A DNA stretch of 34,586 nucleotides from a virus (lineage: Duplodnaviria > Caudoviricetes), in the IMG/VR virus record IMGVR_UViG_3300020045_002149, positions 1 through 34,586 of that record. One strand, given 5' to 3'. Each line of letters opens with the position of its first letter. Position 1 is the first letter of the stretch. The notes under the pieces are model-generated. The model did not search any database. It was given only the letters and a program-made list of their open reading frames with translations, and had not been told where the DNA came from. Position numbers and translations under genes: made by a program. Positions 6,525 through 15,417 of this stretch are shown piece after piece.

Positions 6525-6971
6525 ATGGCCGACTGGATTACCTACAAGCTGAAAGGCGCGGACGAGCTGAGCCGCAAGTTCCGCACGCTCCCCCAAGAGC
6601 TACAGCGCCAGATAGTTGTGCCTGCGGCGAAGGAAGCTATGCAGATCGTGTTAACGGATGCCAAGGATCGCGCGTCTCGCCTAGATAACCCGGAGACGCC
6701 GAACTACATCCCGAAGAACCTGGACATGATCGAAGATAAAAAGTTCTTCGAGGAGACCGGTTCGACCAAGGTGTCAGTAGGCGTGCGAAAACGTAAACGC
6801 GGTGTAGGCGGCGGCAACACCTACTACGCCGCCCTTTTCCTGGAGCTCGGTACGAGCCGCAGCCGCGCATTTCCGTTCATGCGTAACGCCCTGAACCAGA
6901 ATCAACAGGCCGTATTCCAAGAATTCCTAAGCGTCGCTAAACTCAAATTAATTGACCTCGGGCTCAACTAA
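6525..6971 (+). CDS. HK97 gp10-family tail component
   Basis: FLELGTS...A.PFMR.AL motif; position in operon. Confidence 0.9.
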   Translation: MADWITYKLKGADELSRKFRTLPQELQRQIVVPAAKEAMQIVLTDAKDRASRLDNPETPNYIPKNLDMIEDKKFFEETGSTKVSVGVRKRKRGVGGGNTYYAALFLELGTSRSRAFPFMRNALNQNQQAVFQEFLSVAKLKLIDLGLN

Positions 6972-7339
6972 TGGATACCCCATTCTTCACCGTGTGCAAA
7001 GCTGACCCGACTGTCCAAGCGCTGCTGGGGGGAGCACTGCCAAGAATTTATCCTTTCGGCAGTGCTCCGCAATCGGTCGTCAAGCCCTACGTCGTCTATC
7101 AGTGGATCGACGGCAACCCTTTCAATACCTTGAACTGTCGGCCTGAAGCCGACCGCGCAGTGCTCCAGGTGGACGTATACGGCACCACGGCGGTCTCCAG
7201 TAATACCGTCGCTGAAGCCATTCGGTACGCCGTGGAGCTGGACTGCCATATCACGTCCTACCGGGGCACCGATCGCGAAACAGATACCCTGCTCTACCGC
7301 ACGGGGTTCGACCTCAACTGGCTAGTTGAACGCGCCTAG
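6971..7339 (+). CDS. Tail terminator/completion protein (DUF3168-like)
   Basis: RIYPFG.AP....PYVVYQ, QVDVYG motifs. Confidence 0.88.
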   Translation: MDTPFFTVCKADPTVQALLGGALPRIYPFGSAPQSVVKPYVVYQWIDGNPFNTLNCRPEADRAVLQVDVYGTTAVSSNTVAEAIRYAVELDCHITSYRGTDRETDTLLYRTGFDLNWLVERA

Positions 7340-7885
7340 CGCTTCAAGATCTGCCCGTAGTATCCACTCGTAGCCGCCAGTTGTGCGCAGGCGGCCGTTC
7401 AAAGCCGAAGAGATGTTGCCGGAGTGGAATCCGTTTCGCCCGGCCTCTCTCGCCGATTCAAACGTAAAAACAATCTCCCCGTCCTTCATGGCGCAAACCG
7501 CTTTTTTACCCCATTTGTTCGGATGGTTCTCCATCGCATGCGCGACGTTTTCTTTTCCCGTACACCACTCAAGATTTTCCGCCCGGTTATCATGACGAAT
7601 GGAATTTATGTGGTTCACCTGGTCGCCTACCATCGGACCACAAAATGCTGCAGCCACGATCCGGTGAACCAGTAGGGTCTTCCTAAGCCCGTCTCTCTGC
7701 AGAACGACATCGCAGTACCCTTTGTAGTTAACTCGTTGTTTTACTGGTATAGAACGCCGCAACATTTTCTCTATTTTCCCGAACCTAGGTCGATCAACGT
7801 ATCTTTCTACGCTCCGCAAATTGCCCCTGTCCGAGACCTCATAGAAACCTTCGAAGCCTTGTATTTGTACCCATTTTTCAGCCAT
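7322..7885 (-). CDS. NUMOD4-HNH-NUMOD1 homing endonuclease
   Basis: W..I.GFEG.YEVS..G.LRS; VHRIVA.AF; VNHIN..R.DNR.ENLEW; C-terminal F.SAREA...GGYEW. Confidence 0.93.
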   Translation of the reverse strand: MAEKWVQIQGFEGFYEVSDRGNLRSVERYVDRPRFGKIEKMLRRSIPVKQRVNYKGYCDVVLQRDGLRKTLLVHRIVAAAFCGPMVGDQVNHINSIRHDNRAENLEWCTGKENVAHAMENHPNKWGKKAVCAMKDGEIVFTFESAREAGRNGFHSGNISSALNGRLRTTGGYEWILRADLEALGAFN

Positions 7886-7925
7886 GCTATTCTCCGAGTG
7901 TAAGCACCCCCGAGGTGCGAGGTTT

Positions 7926-7954
7926 ATCCTAACATTAAAGGGGTTCTAAAGCAA
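7926..7954 (-). promoter_or_regulatory. Candidate promoter for the HNH gene
   Basis: Minus strand TTGCTT-17 bp-TAGGAT with extended TG. Confidence 0.55.
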
Positions 7955-8436
7955 TGACTATCAAAAGCCAAGGAAGTGATCTGTTTACGATCGACCCCGA
8001 TACCGGCACCTTGCTGGACGTCGGCTGTATCACCTCGATCGACGGTATCGATACCGCAATCGATCAAATCGAAACGACCTGTCTTAACGACCTGTCGCGC
8101 ACCTACGAAGCCGGCTTGGCCACTCCGGGCGCCGCTACTTTCGGTCTGCAATTCGATCCGGCCGATCCGGCGCACATTCGCCTGCACCAGCTCAAGACCG
8201 CTGGCGTCACCCTGCAGTGGGTTATCGGCTTCTCCGACGGCACCGTGAATCCTACCGTTGGCACCGATAGCTCGGGCGATGACGAATTCGTTCTGCCGCC
8301 TACCCGCAGCTGGCTGACCTTCGAAGGCTACATGAACAGCTATCCGTTCACCTTCGGCCTGAACACCATGGTCACTTCGACCGTCGGTATCCAAGTCTCC
8401 GGCGAGCCGGTTCTCATTCCTAAGTCGTCGAGCTAA
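7954..8436 (+). CDS. Major tail tube protein
   Basis: IETTCL....Y.AGL.TPG...F; R.W..F.GY...YPF.F..N..V. Confidence 0.93.
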   Translation: MTIKSQGSDLFTIDPDTGTLLDVGCITSIDGIDTAIDQIETTCLNDLSRTYEAGLATPGAATFGLQFDPADPAHIRLHQLKTAGVTLQWVIGFSDGTVNPTVGTDSSGDDEFVLPPTRSWLTFEGYMNSYPFTFGLNTMVTSTVGIQVSGEPVLIPKSSS

Positions 8437-8439
8437 CCA

Positions 8440-8820
8440 ATGGCCTTCAACCTTAAAGACCTCGTGGAAGCCGGCGCTTTTGTTAGCGCCGCCGAACCGT
8501 TCGTGAAACGTGAGATCAAGTGGCACAACACCGAAGGCGTAGAGCAGGAAGCGACTATCTACGTGCGTTTGGCGTCGTATCACACGATTACCAACACCTG
8601 GAAGGCTGCTGAAGGCAATCAGGAACACCTGGCTGCACGGATTGCGACCATGGTTTGCGACGAGAACGGTGCCCCGGTCTTCACCACGGCTGACGTGCTC
8701 GGCACCGCTTCCCCGGATCGCGGCCCGATCTGCGACACGCTGTTCCTCGCGCTGATCACCGCGGTTAACGAAGCGCAATCGGCAAAGAAGAACCCCCCGA
8801 AGACCTCTGGTTCGAACTAG
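8440..8820 (+). CDS. Tail assembly chaperone (G-like)
   Basis: Lies between tube and tape measure genes; A.RIA..VCDE.G.PVFT. Confidence 0.88.
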   Translation: MAFNLKDLVEAGAFVSAAEPFVKREIKWHNTEGVEQEATIYVRLASYHTITNTWKAAEGNQEHLAARIATMVCDENGAPVFTTADVLGTASPDRGPICDTLFLALITAVNEAQSAKKNPPKTSGSN

Positions 8821-9104
8821 TTATGAACGGCATAGGCGGTCGCACGATCGCCGAAGCCCAACAGAACATGTCACTGGTCGAAGCGCGGCAATGGGCTCAG
8901 TACATGCAGCGCCACGGGGGTCTGAACATTGCTGAGCGCATCGAGCAAGCCGCCGCGCTGATCTGTACTACTGGCGCGCAGCTGATGGGTAACAAAAAGG
9001 TAAAGGTCGCGGATTTCATCCCTAACCGGGAATCGGACGACGAACTAAGGTACGCCACGCCGCAAGACTTCTTGCGAGTGTTGCAAGCATCCAGGAAGCC
9101 CTAG
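8793..9104 (+). CDS. Tail assembly chaperone C-terminal extension (T-like) via -1 frameshift
   Basis: -1 frame is open from C CCC CCG: PEDLWFELVMNGIGGRTIAEA... Confidence 0.8.
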   Translation, partial: PPEDLWFELVMNGIGGRTIAEAQQNMSLVEARQWAQYMQRHGGLNIAERIEQAAALICTTGAQLMGNKKVKVADFIPNRESDDELRYATPQDFLRVLQASRKP

Positions 9105-9106
9105 CT

Positions 9107-11956
9107 ATGGCGGTAGGATCACTCGGGCAGCTCACGGTTGACCTGGTAGCGAACACCGCCGGTTTCGAACGCGGTATGAATCAGGCCGAACGCGCTTTGG
9201 CCTCGGCCACTCGCGAAGCCAAGAAGCAAGGCGATGCGCTTGATCGACTGGTCGGGCAGATCGACCCGACCATTGCTGCGTATTCCCGCCTCGACAAGAT
9301 GGAACAGCAGCTAGAGGCTCACCGCAAAGCCGGCAGGCTGCCGACCGAGGATTACAAGCAGTACCTCGCACAGATTAACCTGGCCCGTGACGCTATCGGC
9401 AAGACTGATAAGGTCATGATGTCAAACGGCATGTCGGCAAAGCAACTGGCCAACAACCTTCGCGGCATCCCGGCGCAGTTTACTGACATCGCCACTTCCC
9501 TGGCCGCCGGCCAGAACCCGTTGACTGTGTTCCTGCAGCAAGGCGGCCAGCTCAAAGATATGTTTGGCGGCGTCGGCCCGGCTGCGAAAGCGCTCGGCGG
9601 TTATGTCGTCGGCCTGATCAACCCCTTCACCGCAGCAGCCGCAGCCGTGGGCATCCTCGCCCTGGCCTACAAGCAGGGAAGCGACGAAGCTACCGCATTC
9701 ACCAACGCGCTGATCCTGAGCGGTAACGCCGCCGGCGCGAACGCTGACCAGCTCGCCGACCAGGCCGAAAGCGTTAGCGAGTCCGTTGGTACGGTCGGCG
9801 CCGCTGCGGCTGTCCTGGCGCAGCTCGCTGCCTCCGGCAGCATCCCGGCGCAAGCGTTCGACATGATCGCCATTGCCGCGCTGAAGATGCAGGAGGCCAC
9901 CGGCAAAGCCGCCGAGGAAACGGTCAAGGACTTCGAGAAGATCGCGAAAGATCCGGCCAAGGCCATTCGCGAACTGAACGCGACCATGAACTTCCTCACC
10001 ACGTCGACCTACGCGCAGATTGAAGCGCTGCAGCGTCAGGGCGACGTGCAGGGCGCCGTCAACCTGGCCGAGCAGACCTACGCCGAAGCGCTGACCACCC
10101 GCGCCAACAAGATCGTTGAGAACCTGGGCTACATCGAAGGCGCATGGCTCACCGTCAAGAACGCGGCGAAGAGTGCGTGGGACAGCATCCTAGACATCGG
10201 GCGCGAATCGACCCTGGACGAGAAGCTCAAAACTCTTAACGACCGTTTGCAAGCGATCAAGGACGCCGAGGAGGCCAACAAAGGCCCGTTCGGTTTCTCC
10301 ACCCCGAGCGATGACTACCGCAAAGAGCAGACCGAGAAAGACATCACCGCCTTGCTGGTGCAGCAAGAGGAAAGCCGCAAGCGCTCCGCTGCGGCGGCCG
10401 CTATCGTCGCGCAGGACAAGAAAGGCATCGCCGCCGTTGAAGCCCTGAACAAAGGGTTGGAGGAGACGGCGCCGAAAACCGAAAAGCTGGCCAAGCGCTT
10501 CGCCGAGATCGACAAGCAAGTGGCCGCAGCCGCCGCCCGTGGTGTGCAGTACAGCGACGCGCAGATCGCCCAGTTGCGCAAGGCCGCCGAGGAGCAATTT
10601 AAAGCCACTGCAGCGCCTAAGCAGAAAGAGTTCCGAGAAGACGCCGGCCAGAAGATGCTGGACACCCTGCGCCAGCAGTCCGCCGCGCTGCAGCTCCAGT
10701 CCGGGACCAACGAGAAGCTTGGCGCGCAGGCGCAAGCCTTGGCGAAGTTCCAGCAAGAAATCGCCGACATCAAATCAAAGGGCATTCAGACCGCCGACCA
10801 GAAATCGCTACTGGTCAGCGAAGCCCTGATCACCGCCCAGCTCAAGCGCAACGTGGCGCTAGAGCAGGAAGTCGCCGCGCGCAAACAAGCAACCGAGGAG
10901 GCCGGCAAACTTGCAGCATTCCAAGAGAACCAAGCGTCGAAGCTGAGCACCGCGCAGAGCGGGCTTAATTCCCAACTGGCCGGCATTGGGCAGGGCGACA
11001 AGCTTCGCGAGCGGTTGAAAGAAGATCTGGCGATCCGCAAGGAATATCAGAACGAAGTCGACAAGCTGAACAAGCAGTTCAACACCGGGGAAATTAGTCA
11101 AGAGCTTTACGCGCAGGAGACTGCGGTACTCGAACAGAACCTAGCATCCCGCCTAGAGCTGCAGCAGGATTATTACGCCCGCGTCGACGAAGCGCAGAGC
11201 AGCTTTTTCCTCGGTGCGTCCGAGGGCTGGGCCAACTGGGCAGAAGAGGCGACGAACTACAGCGCGCAAGCTCAAGAATTCGTAACGGGAACTCTGGACA
11301 CTTTGACCAGTGGCCTGGCTGACAGCTTCATGTCGATCCTCGACGGCACCAAGAGCGTAGGGGAGGCCTTCCAGGATCTCGGGGCGACCATGGCCAATGC
11401 TATCGTCGGCGCCCTTGTCGAGATGGCCGCGCAGTGGCTCGTGTACCAAGCCGTGCAGTTGCTGGTCGGTAGCACGACCAGCGCCGCCGCCATCGCGCAG
11501 GCGGGGGTAACTGGCACCGCCATCGCGGCGGCTTACGCCCCGGCGGCGGCCTTGTCTTCCTTGGCGTCTTTCGGCGCTAACTCTATCCCGGCGACAGCGG
11601 CTATCCTCTCCACCACGGCAGTGGCCGAGGGCGTCGCACTGGCAGGCATGGCGCACGACGGCATCGACTCTGTACCGCAGACCGGCACCTGGCTGCTGCA
11701 GAAAGGCGAGCGCGTTACCACGGCGCAGACCAGTGCCAAGCTGGACAAAACCCTGGACGGGATGAAATCCACGAGCGGCGGCGGCGGAACCACGGTAAAC
11801 TTGATTGAAGACGCCTCCCGCGCGGGGCAGACTGAATCGAGAACGGATGACAACGGGGGCTCTATGATTGACGTGTTCGTAGCTGACCTGCTGGGCGATG
11901 GGCGCACCAAGAGTGCGATTAGCCGCAAGTTCGGTCTGTCGAGCGTGGGCCAGTAA
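9107..11956 (+). CDS. Tape measure protein (lambda-like)
   Basis: 949 aa, Ala-rich helical; LG.LTVDL.ANT.GF; AQFTDI.TSL..GQ.P.TV.LQQGGQLKD. Confidence 0.95.
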   Translation: MAVGSLGQLTVDLVANTAGFERGMNQAERALASATREAKKQGDALDRLVGQIDPTIAAYSRLDKMEQQLEAHRKAGRLPTEDYKQYLAQINLARDAIGKTDKVMMSNGMSAKQLANNLRGIPAQFTDIATSLAAGQNPLTVFLQQGGQLKDMFGGVGPAAKALGGYVVGLINPFTAAAAAVGILALAYKQGSDEATAFTNALILSGNAAGANADQLADQAESVSESVGTVGAAAAVLAQLAASGSIPAQAFDMIAIAALKMQEATGKAAEETVKDFEKIAKDPAKAIRELNATMNFLTTSTYAQIEALQRQGDVQGAVNLAEQTYAEALTTRANKIVENLGYIEGAWLTVKNAAKSAWDSILDIGRESTLDEKLKTLNDRLQAIKDAEEANKGPFGFSTPSDDYRKEQTEKDITALLVQQEESRKRSAAAAAIVAQDKKGIAAVEALNKGLEETAPKTEKLAKRFAEIDKQVAAAAARGVQYSDAQIAQLRKAAEEQFKATAAPKQKEFREDAGQKMLDTLRQQSAALQLQSGTNEKLGAQAQALAKFQQEIADIKSKGIQTADQKSLLVSEALITAQLKRNVALEQEVAARKQATEEAGKLAAFQENQASKLSTAQSGLNSQLAGIGQGDKLRERLKEDLAIRKEYQNEVDKLNKQFNTGEISQELYAQETAVLEQNLASRLELQQDYYARVDEAQSSFFLGASEGWANWAEEATNYSAQAQEFVTGTLDTLTSGLADSFMSILDGTKSVGEAFQDLGATMANAIVGALVEMAAQWLVYQAVQLLVGSTTSAAAIAQAGVTGTAIAAAYAPAAALSSLASFGANSIPATAAILSTTAVAEGVALAGMAHDGIDSVPQTGTWLLQKGERVTTAQTSAKLDKTLDGMKSTSGGGGTTVNLIEDASRAGQTESRTDDNGGSMIDVFVADLLGDGRTKSAISRKFGLSSVGQ

Positions 11957-12405
11957 TGGCCCTCGCCTACCCGGAGGGGCTGCCGCTCGCGATGCGGGAC
12001 GGCTACGCTTTTTCTCCCGTCAACAACATCCTTCGCACCGATATGCAAAGCGGTCGTGCTCGCCAGCGGATCGAGTTCGAGAACGTGCCCGACATGCTCC
12101 GGCTACGCTGGACGCTTACCGAGCTGCAGTCTCGGCTGTTCAGCACCTGGGCGCGTAACGTCGTCGGCGCCGGGTGGTTCCCGATGACCATCTTGACGCC
12201 CATGGGCTTCGAGACGCTAGAGCTGCGCTTTACTGAGCGCGTCAACGGCCCGGCGCTTACTGGTAAATTTCACTGGGTATGGACGGCAACCTGCGAACTG
12301 CGGGAGATGCCAGAGCTTGACCCCGATTGGGTAAACCTCCCGGACTTCGCGTTGCAACCCAATCTTCTTGACATTTGCATGAATCGAATTTGGCCGGAGG
12401 CCTGA
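11956..12405 (+). CDS. Distal tail protein (minor tail)
   Basis: Follows TMP; YP..LP......Y...P.....RT.MQSGRARQR. Confidence 0.8.
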   Translation: MALAYPEGLPLAMRDGYAFSPVNNILRTDMQSGRARQRIEFENVPDMLRLRWTLTELQSRLFSTWARNVVGAGWFPMTILTPMGFETLELRFTERVNGPALTGKFHWVWTATCELREMPELDPDWVNLPDFALQPNLLDICMNRIWPEA

Positions 12406-12407
12406 GC

Positions 12408-14513
12408 ATGAATAACACCGGAAACCCTGTACCCTCCGACGCGGCCTTGGACTTTGAGGACAATGTAAATAACTTTGACCTCCTGAGCGCCGGCTCGCTC
12501 GCGAGCTACCCAGACAGACTAGGCGTATCCCGTAAGTCATGGAAAGGAATGGAGCTTGACTTTTCAGCATTCCTTGCTGCGTCAGGTTTTGAGCTTCCCG
12601 CACTTGAATACACCGGGCTCGCCCCGCTGGTAGTAGACCGCCCTACCCAGCTTCTTTTCCGAACAGGTTTCCCCGACACCCTCTACGGCGTCAAGTCTAC
12701 CGAGGCCTTCCCGGCCACGCTGACCGGAACATGGGCTACCGATGAGGCGCACCTGGTCGTGCGATCCGACGGTGATCTTCGCCAGGACTTAGAGGGCGGA
12801 ACTGGTGCTGCGCTTGTTGGGTGGGAGCGATCAACACTTAGCCTTACTGTTGAAGCTGTAAATCAGGGGCTTGACGCTATTCCGGTCAGTATTTGGGAAT
12901 ACGCGCACCTTGCCATTGGTTACGGCGTAGGCTCGCCAAGCACCTGGGATTGGCAGCCAGCGTTCCAGGCTGCCTGTGACGCGCACTTTACCGTTGTCAT
13001 CCCAGAAACAATCAACGACGCGGTTTACCAAGTTGGTGCTCCGATTAAGTTCAACACCAACCAGACGATCCGTGGATACGCAAAAGGCGGCCTGACCGGC
13101 AATGACCGCATTGTAACCACTGGCGCTTTTGCAGCTTTCGAGAGCAAGACAAAGGGCGTTTCCGCTTGCTTTAACGTCACTATCGAAGGGCTGACGATAA
13201 ACCACGCGAATACAACTAGCCGCCCCGCTGGGTCTTGCGGGATTGACTTTACTGACGTTTCGATGAGCGTTATCCGGAACTGTTCGTTCCGTTACCATGA
13301 AAAGAACATCAAGTTCGGCGGTACGGTTGCCGGTTATTACAACTCTACCTACGACTGCGAAGTCAGTAGTGCAGATACTGGCTACTACTTCGGAACGGCT
13401 GCTAACAGCCTCCGCGTAGTCGGTGGCCGCGTTCACTCCTGCAAAAAAGGTATTCACTCCCTAGCGTCTACCGACTGCTTTATTACTTCGGCGCTTGAGT
13501 CGTGCGAGATTGGCGCCGACCTCGATACTGGCACATCAGGATGGTATTTGTTCAGCAGGTATGAGGGGAATGGGCGCGATATTGCAACTGATGCAATTTT
13601 GTCGACTGTTTCAGGTGGTGTTGTTTTGCGCGCCGGCACATCTGGAAACCAAGTGTTCGGGCACTGCTCTGGTGCCACTGATCGAATCATAGACCTTGGG
13701 CACAACACCGTTCATACGCGGTCAACTAGCTACTCAGGTGTCGAGCGGGTAGCAAACGAAAACGCATTCTATAACCCTTCGATGGAGTACGACTCAAACG
13801 CCGATGGTTTGGCGGATGGCATTACACTGACAGCAGGCTCAGGACTTACCGCATCGCTAGATGCCACTCAGTTCGTTACTGGGGCGCGCTCGCAACTGCT
13901 AAATGTGGCTGCTGCCGGCGCCGCTAGGCGTGACCTTGTTTGCGAGGCTTTTGATACTACCCCGGGGGTCGAGTATGTTTTCGCCTGCCGAGTAAAGACA
14001 AATCTAACAACCGGATGGAATCTGAGAATAGGAACAACAGTCGGAACCTCTAACTACATGAACGCACAGGTTCAAGTTGTCGGAGAGTGGACGATTATGA
14101 CGACTCGCTTTGTTGCAACTGGCGCAACGGCGGCGGCATATTTCTACATGAACACCAGTACAGCGGCTGGTGGTTTGGCCGAAGATGCAAAACTATGGGT
14201 TGACTCAATATTCTTTGGTAAAGGCGCGCGGGCACCTGAGTTTGGCGAGCACTCGCGTAAGCTCAAGCGCGTGGTCGTTAACGATCCGGCCAGCTTGGCT
14301 GCCGGCGCACAAACAACTCCAGTATCCGTGACTGTCGCAGGTGCCGCCTTGGGCGACCGTGTTAGCGCGTCTTTTAGTCTGAGTCAGCAAGGACTCGACT
14401 TAATCGCTTACGTCAGCGCGGCCAATACTGTCGACTTTGTGTTCCGTAATGGAACTGCTGGCGTTGTCGATCTAGCCAGCGGGAACGTGCTACTGGTTGT
14501 CAACAAGCTATGA
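12408..14513 (+). CDS. Tail spike/fibre with probable beta-helix (depolymerase-like) and C-terminal carbohydrate-binding-like domain
   Basis: NTGNPVPS...D..DN anchor domain; AFQAA.DA pectate-lyase-like start; N/T/G/S-rich repeats; GGAGG RBS. Confidence 0.8.
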   Translation: MNNTGNPVPSDAALDFEDNVNNFDLLSAGSLASYPDRLGVSRKSWKGMELDFSAFLAASGFELPALEYTGLAPLVVDRPTQLLFRTGFPDTLYGVKSTEAFPATLTGTWATDEAHLVVRSDGDLRQDLEGGTGAALVGWERSTLSLTVEAVNQGLDAIPVSIWEYAHLAIGYGVGSPSTWDWQPAFQAACDAHFTVVIPETINDAVYQVGAPIKFNTNQTIRGYAKGGLTGNDRIVTTGAFAAFESKTKGVSACFNVTIEGLTINHANTTSRPAGSCGIDFTDVSMSVIRNCSFRYHEKNIKFGGTVAGYYNSTYDCEVSSADTGYYFGTAANSLRVVGGRVHSCKKGIHSLASTDCFITSALESCEIGADLDTGTSGWYLFSRYEGNGRDIATDAILSTVSGGVVLRAGTSGNQVFGHCSGATDRIIDLGHNTVHTRSTSYSGVERVANENAFYNPSMEYDSNADGLADGITLTAGSGLTASLDATQFVTGARSQLLNVAAAGAARRDLVCEAFDTTPGVEYVFACRVKTNLTTGWNLRIGTTVGTSNYMNAQVQVVGEWTIMTTRFVATGATAAAYFYMNTSTAAGGLAEDAKLWVDSIFFGKGARAPEFGEHSRKLKRVVVNDPASLAAGAQTTPVSVTVAGAALGDRVSASFSLSQQGLDLIAYVSAANTVDFVFRNGTAGVVDLASGNVLLVVNKL

Positions 14514-14995
14514 CAATCCTAAACACCTTCTACGCCAGCGGCGGGGATGACGTTCGGCTTTTCACGCTGGAGCTAACCTGTCCCGCGTGGGCGGCGCCGA
14601 TTCTGATCTGTAATGGTTTCGATGACCGGACGTGCATCACGGAAGACGCGCGCACGCTTACATTTATCGCGGCAGCAATCGACGTGGCCCTACCGAAAAA
14701 GGACAGCCGTGGCGCCCAGTCGATAACCATTGCTATCGACAACGTGAACGGCGAAGCTCAAGCCAAGATTGACGAGGCGATGACTGCTGAGTCGCGCATA
14801 TCAGCAACGCTGCGGACCTACCTGCTAAGCGATCTAACGGCGCCTGCGGAGGTGCCCTACAGAATGACTGTGCAGGACGGCTCTATTGAGCAACTGGCCG
14901 TACAGCTTCGCGCCGGGTTCTTTGACCTGATCAATGTCGCCTGGCCGCGTATGCTGTACACGACCAAAAACGCGCCAGGGTTGAAGTACATTTGA
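14510..14995 (+). CDS. DUF1833-family minor tail protein
   Basis: TLELTCP.W, IDVALP......Q.I.IAIDNV.G, N.AWPR..Y....PGL. Confidence 0.85.
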   Translation: MTILNTFYASGGDDVRLFTLELTCPAWAAPILICNGFDDRTCITEDARTLTFIAAAIDVALPKKDSRGAQSITIAIDNVNGEAQAKIDEAMTAESRISATLRTYLLSDLTAPAEVPYRMTVQDGSIEQLAVQLRAGFFDLINVAWPRMLYTTKNAPGLKYI

Positions 14996-15417
14996 ACGCC
15001 GACGCATGGGTCAACGCGTATCTTTTCGCTCGGTACGTTGACGGGGCGCGTGGTGAAGGAGGAGCTTTCGACTGCTGGGGACTGGCCCGCGAAGTGCGGC
15101 ACGAGATCTACGGCAAGCGTCTGCTGCCAAGCTGGGGCCATATCCGAAACACCATGCCGCGCGCTTTCACCGATGCCTACACCGAGCAGGCCAAGGAGCT
15201 AGAAGAGTGCCCGCCGGAGCCCGGCGCCCTGGCGATGGTGTTCACTGGCCGCCTAATGCTTCACGTCGGCGTAGTGGTAGAATTAGAGGGCAGGCTGGCT
15301 GTGCTTGATATAAGCGCGCAACATGGGCCACGATGGCAGCGCATCCCCGCCTTTGAGGCGCCATTTTCCAAGGTGGTCTATTACCGTGACAGTCCTAGTA
15401 TTCCCGAGCCAACTTGA
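14992..15417 (+). CDS. NlpC/P60-like tail tip assembly protein
   Basis: GARG...FDCWGL and HVGVV motifs. Confidence 0.85.
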   Translation: MNADAWVNAYLFARYVDGARGEGGAFDCWGLAREVRHEIYGKRLLPSWGHIRNTMPRAFTDAYTEQAKELEECPPEPGALAMVFTGRLMLHVGVVVELEGRLAVLDISAQHGPRWQRIPAFEAPFSKVVYYRDSPSIPEPT

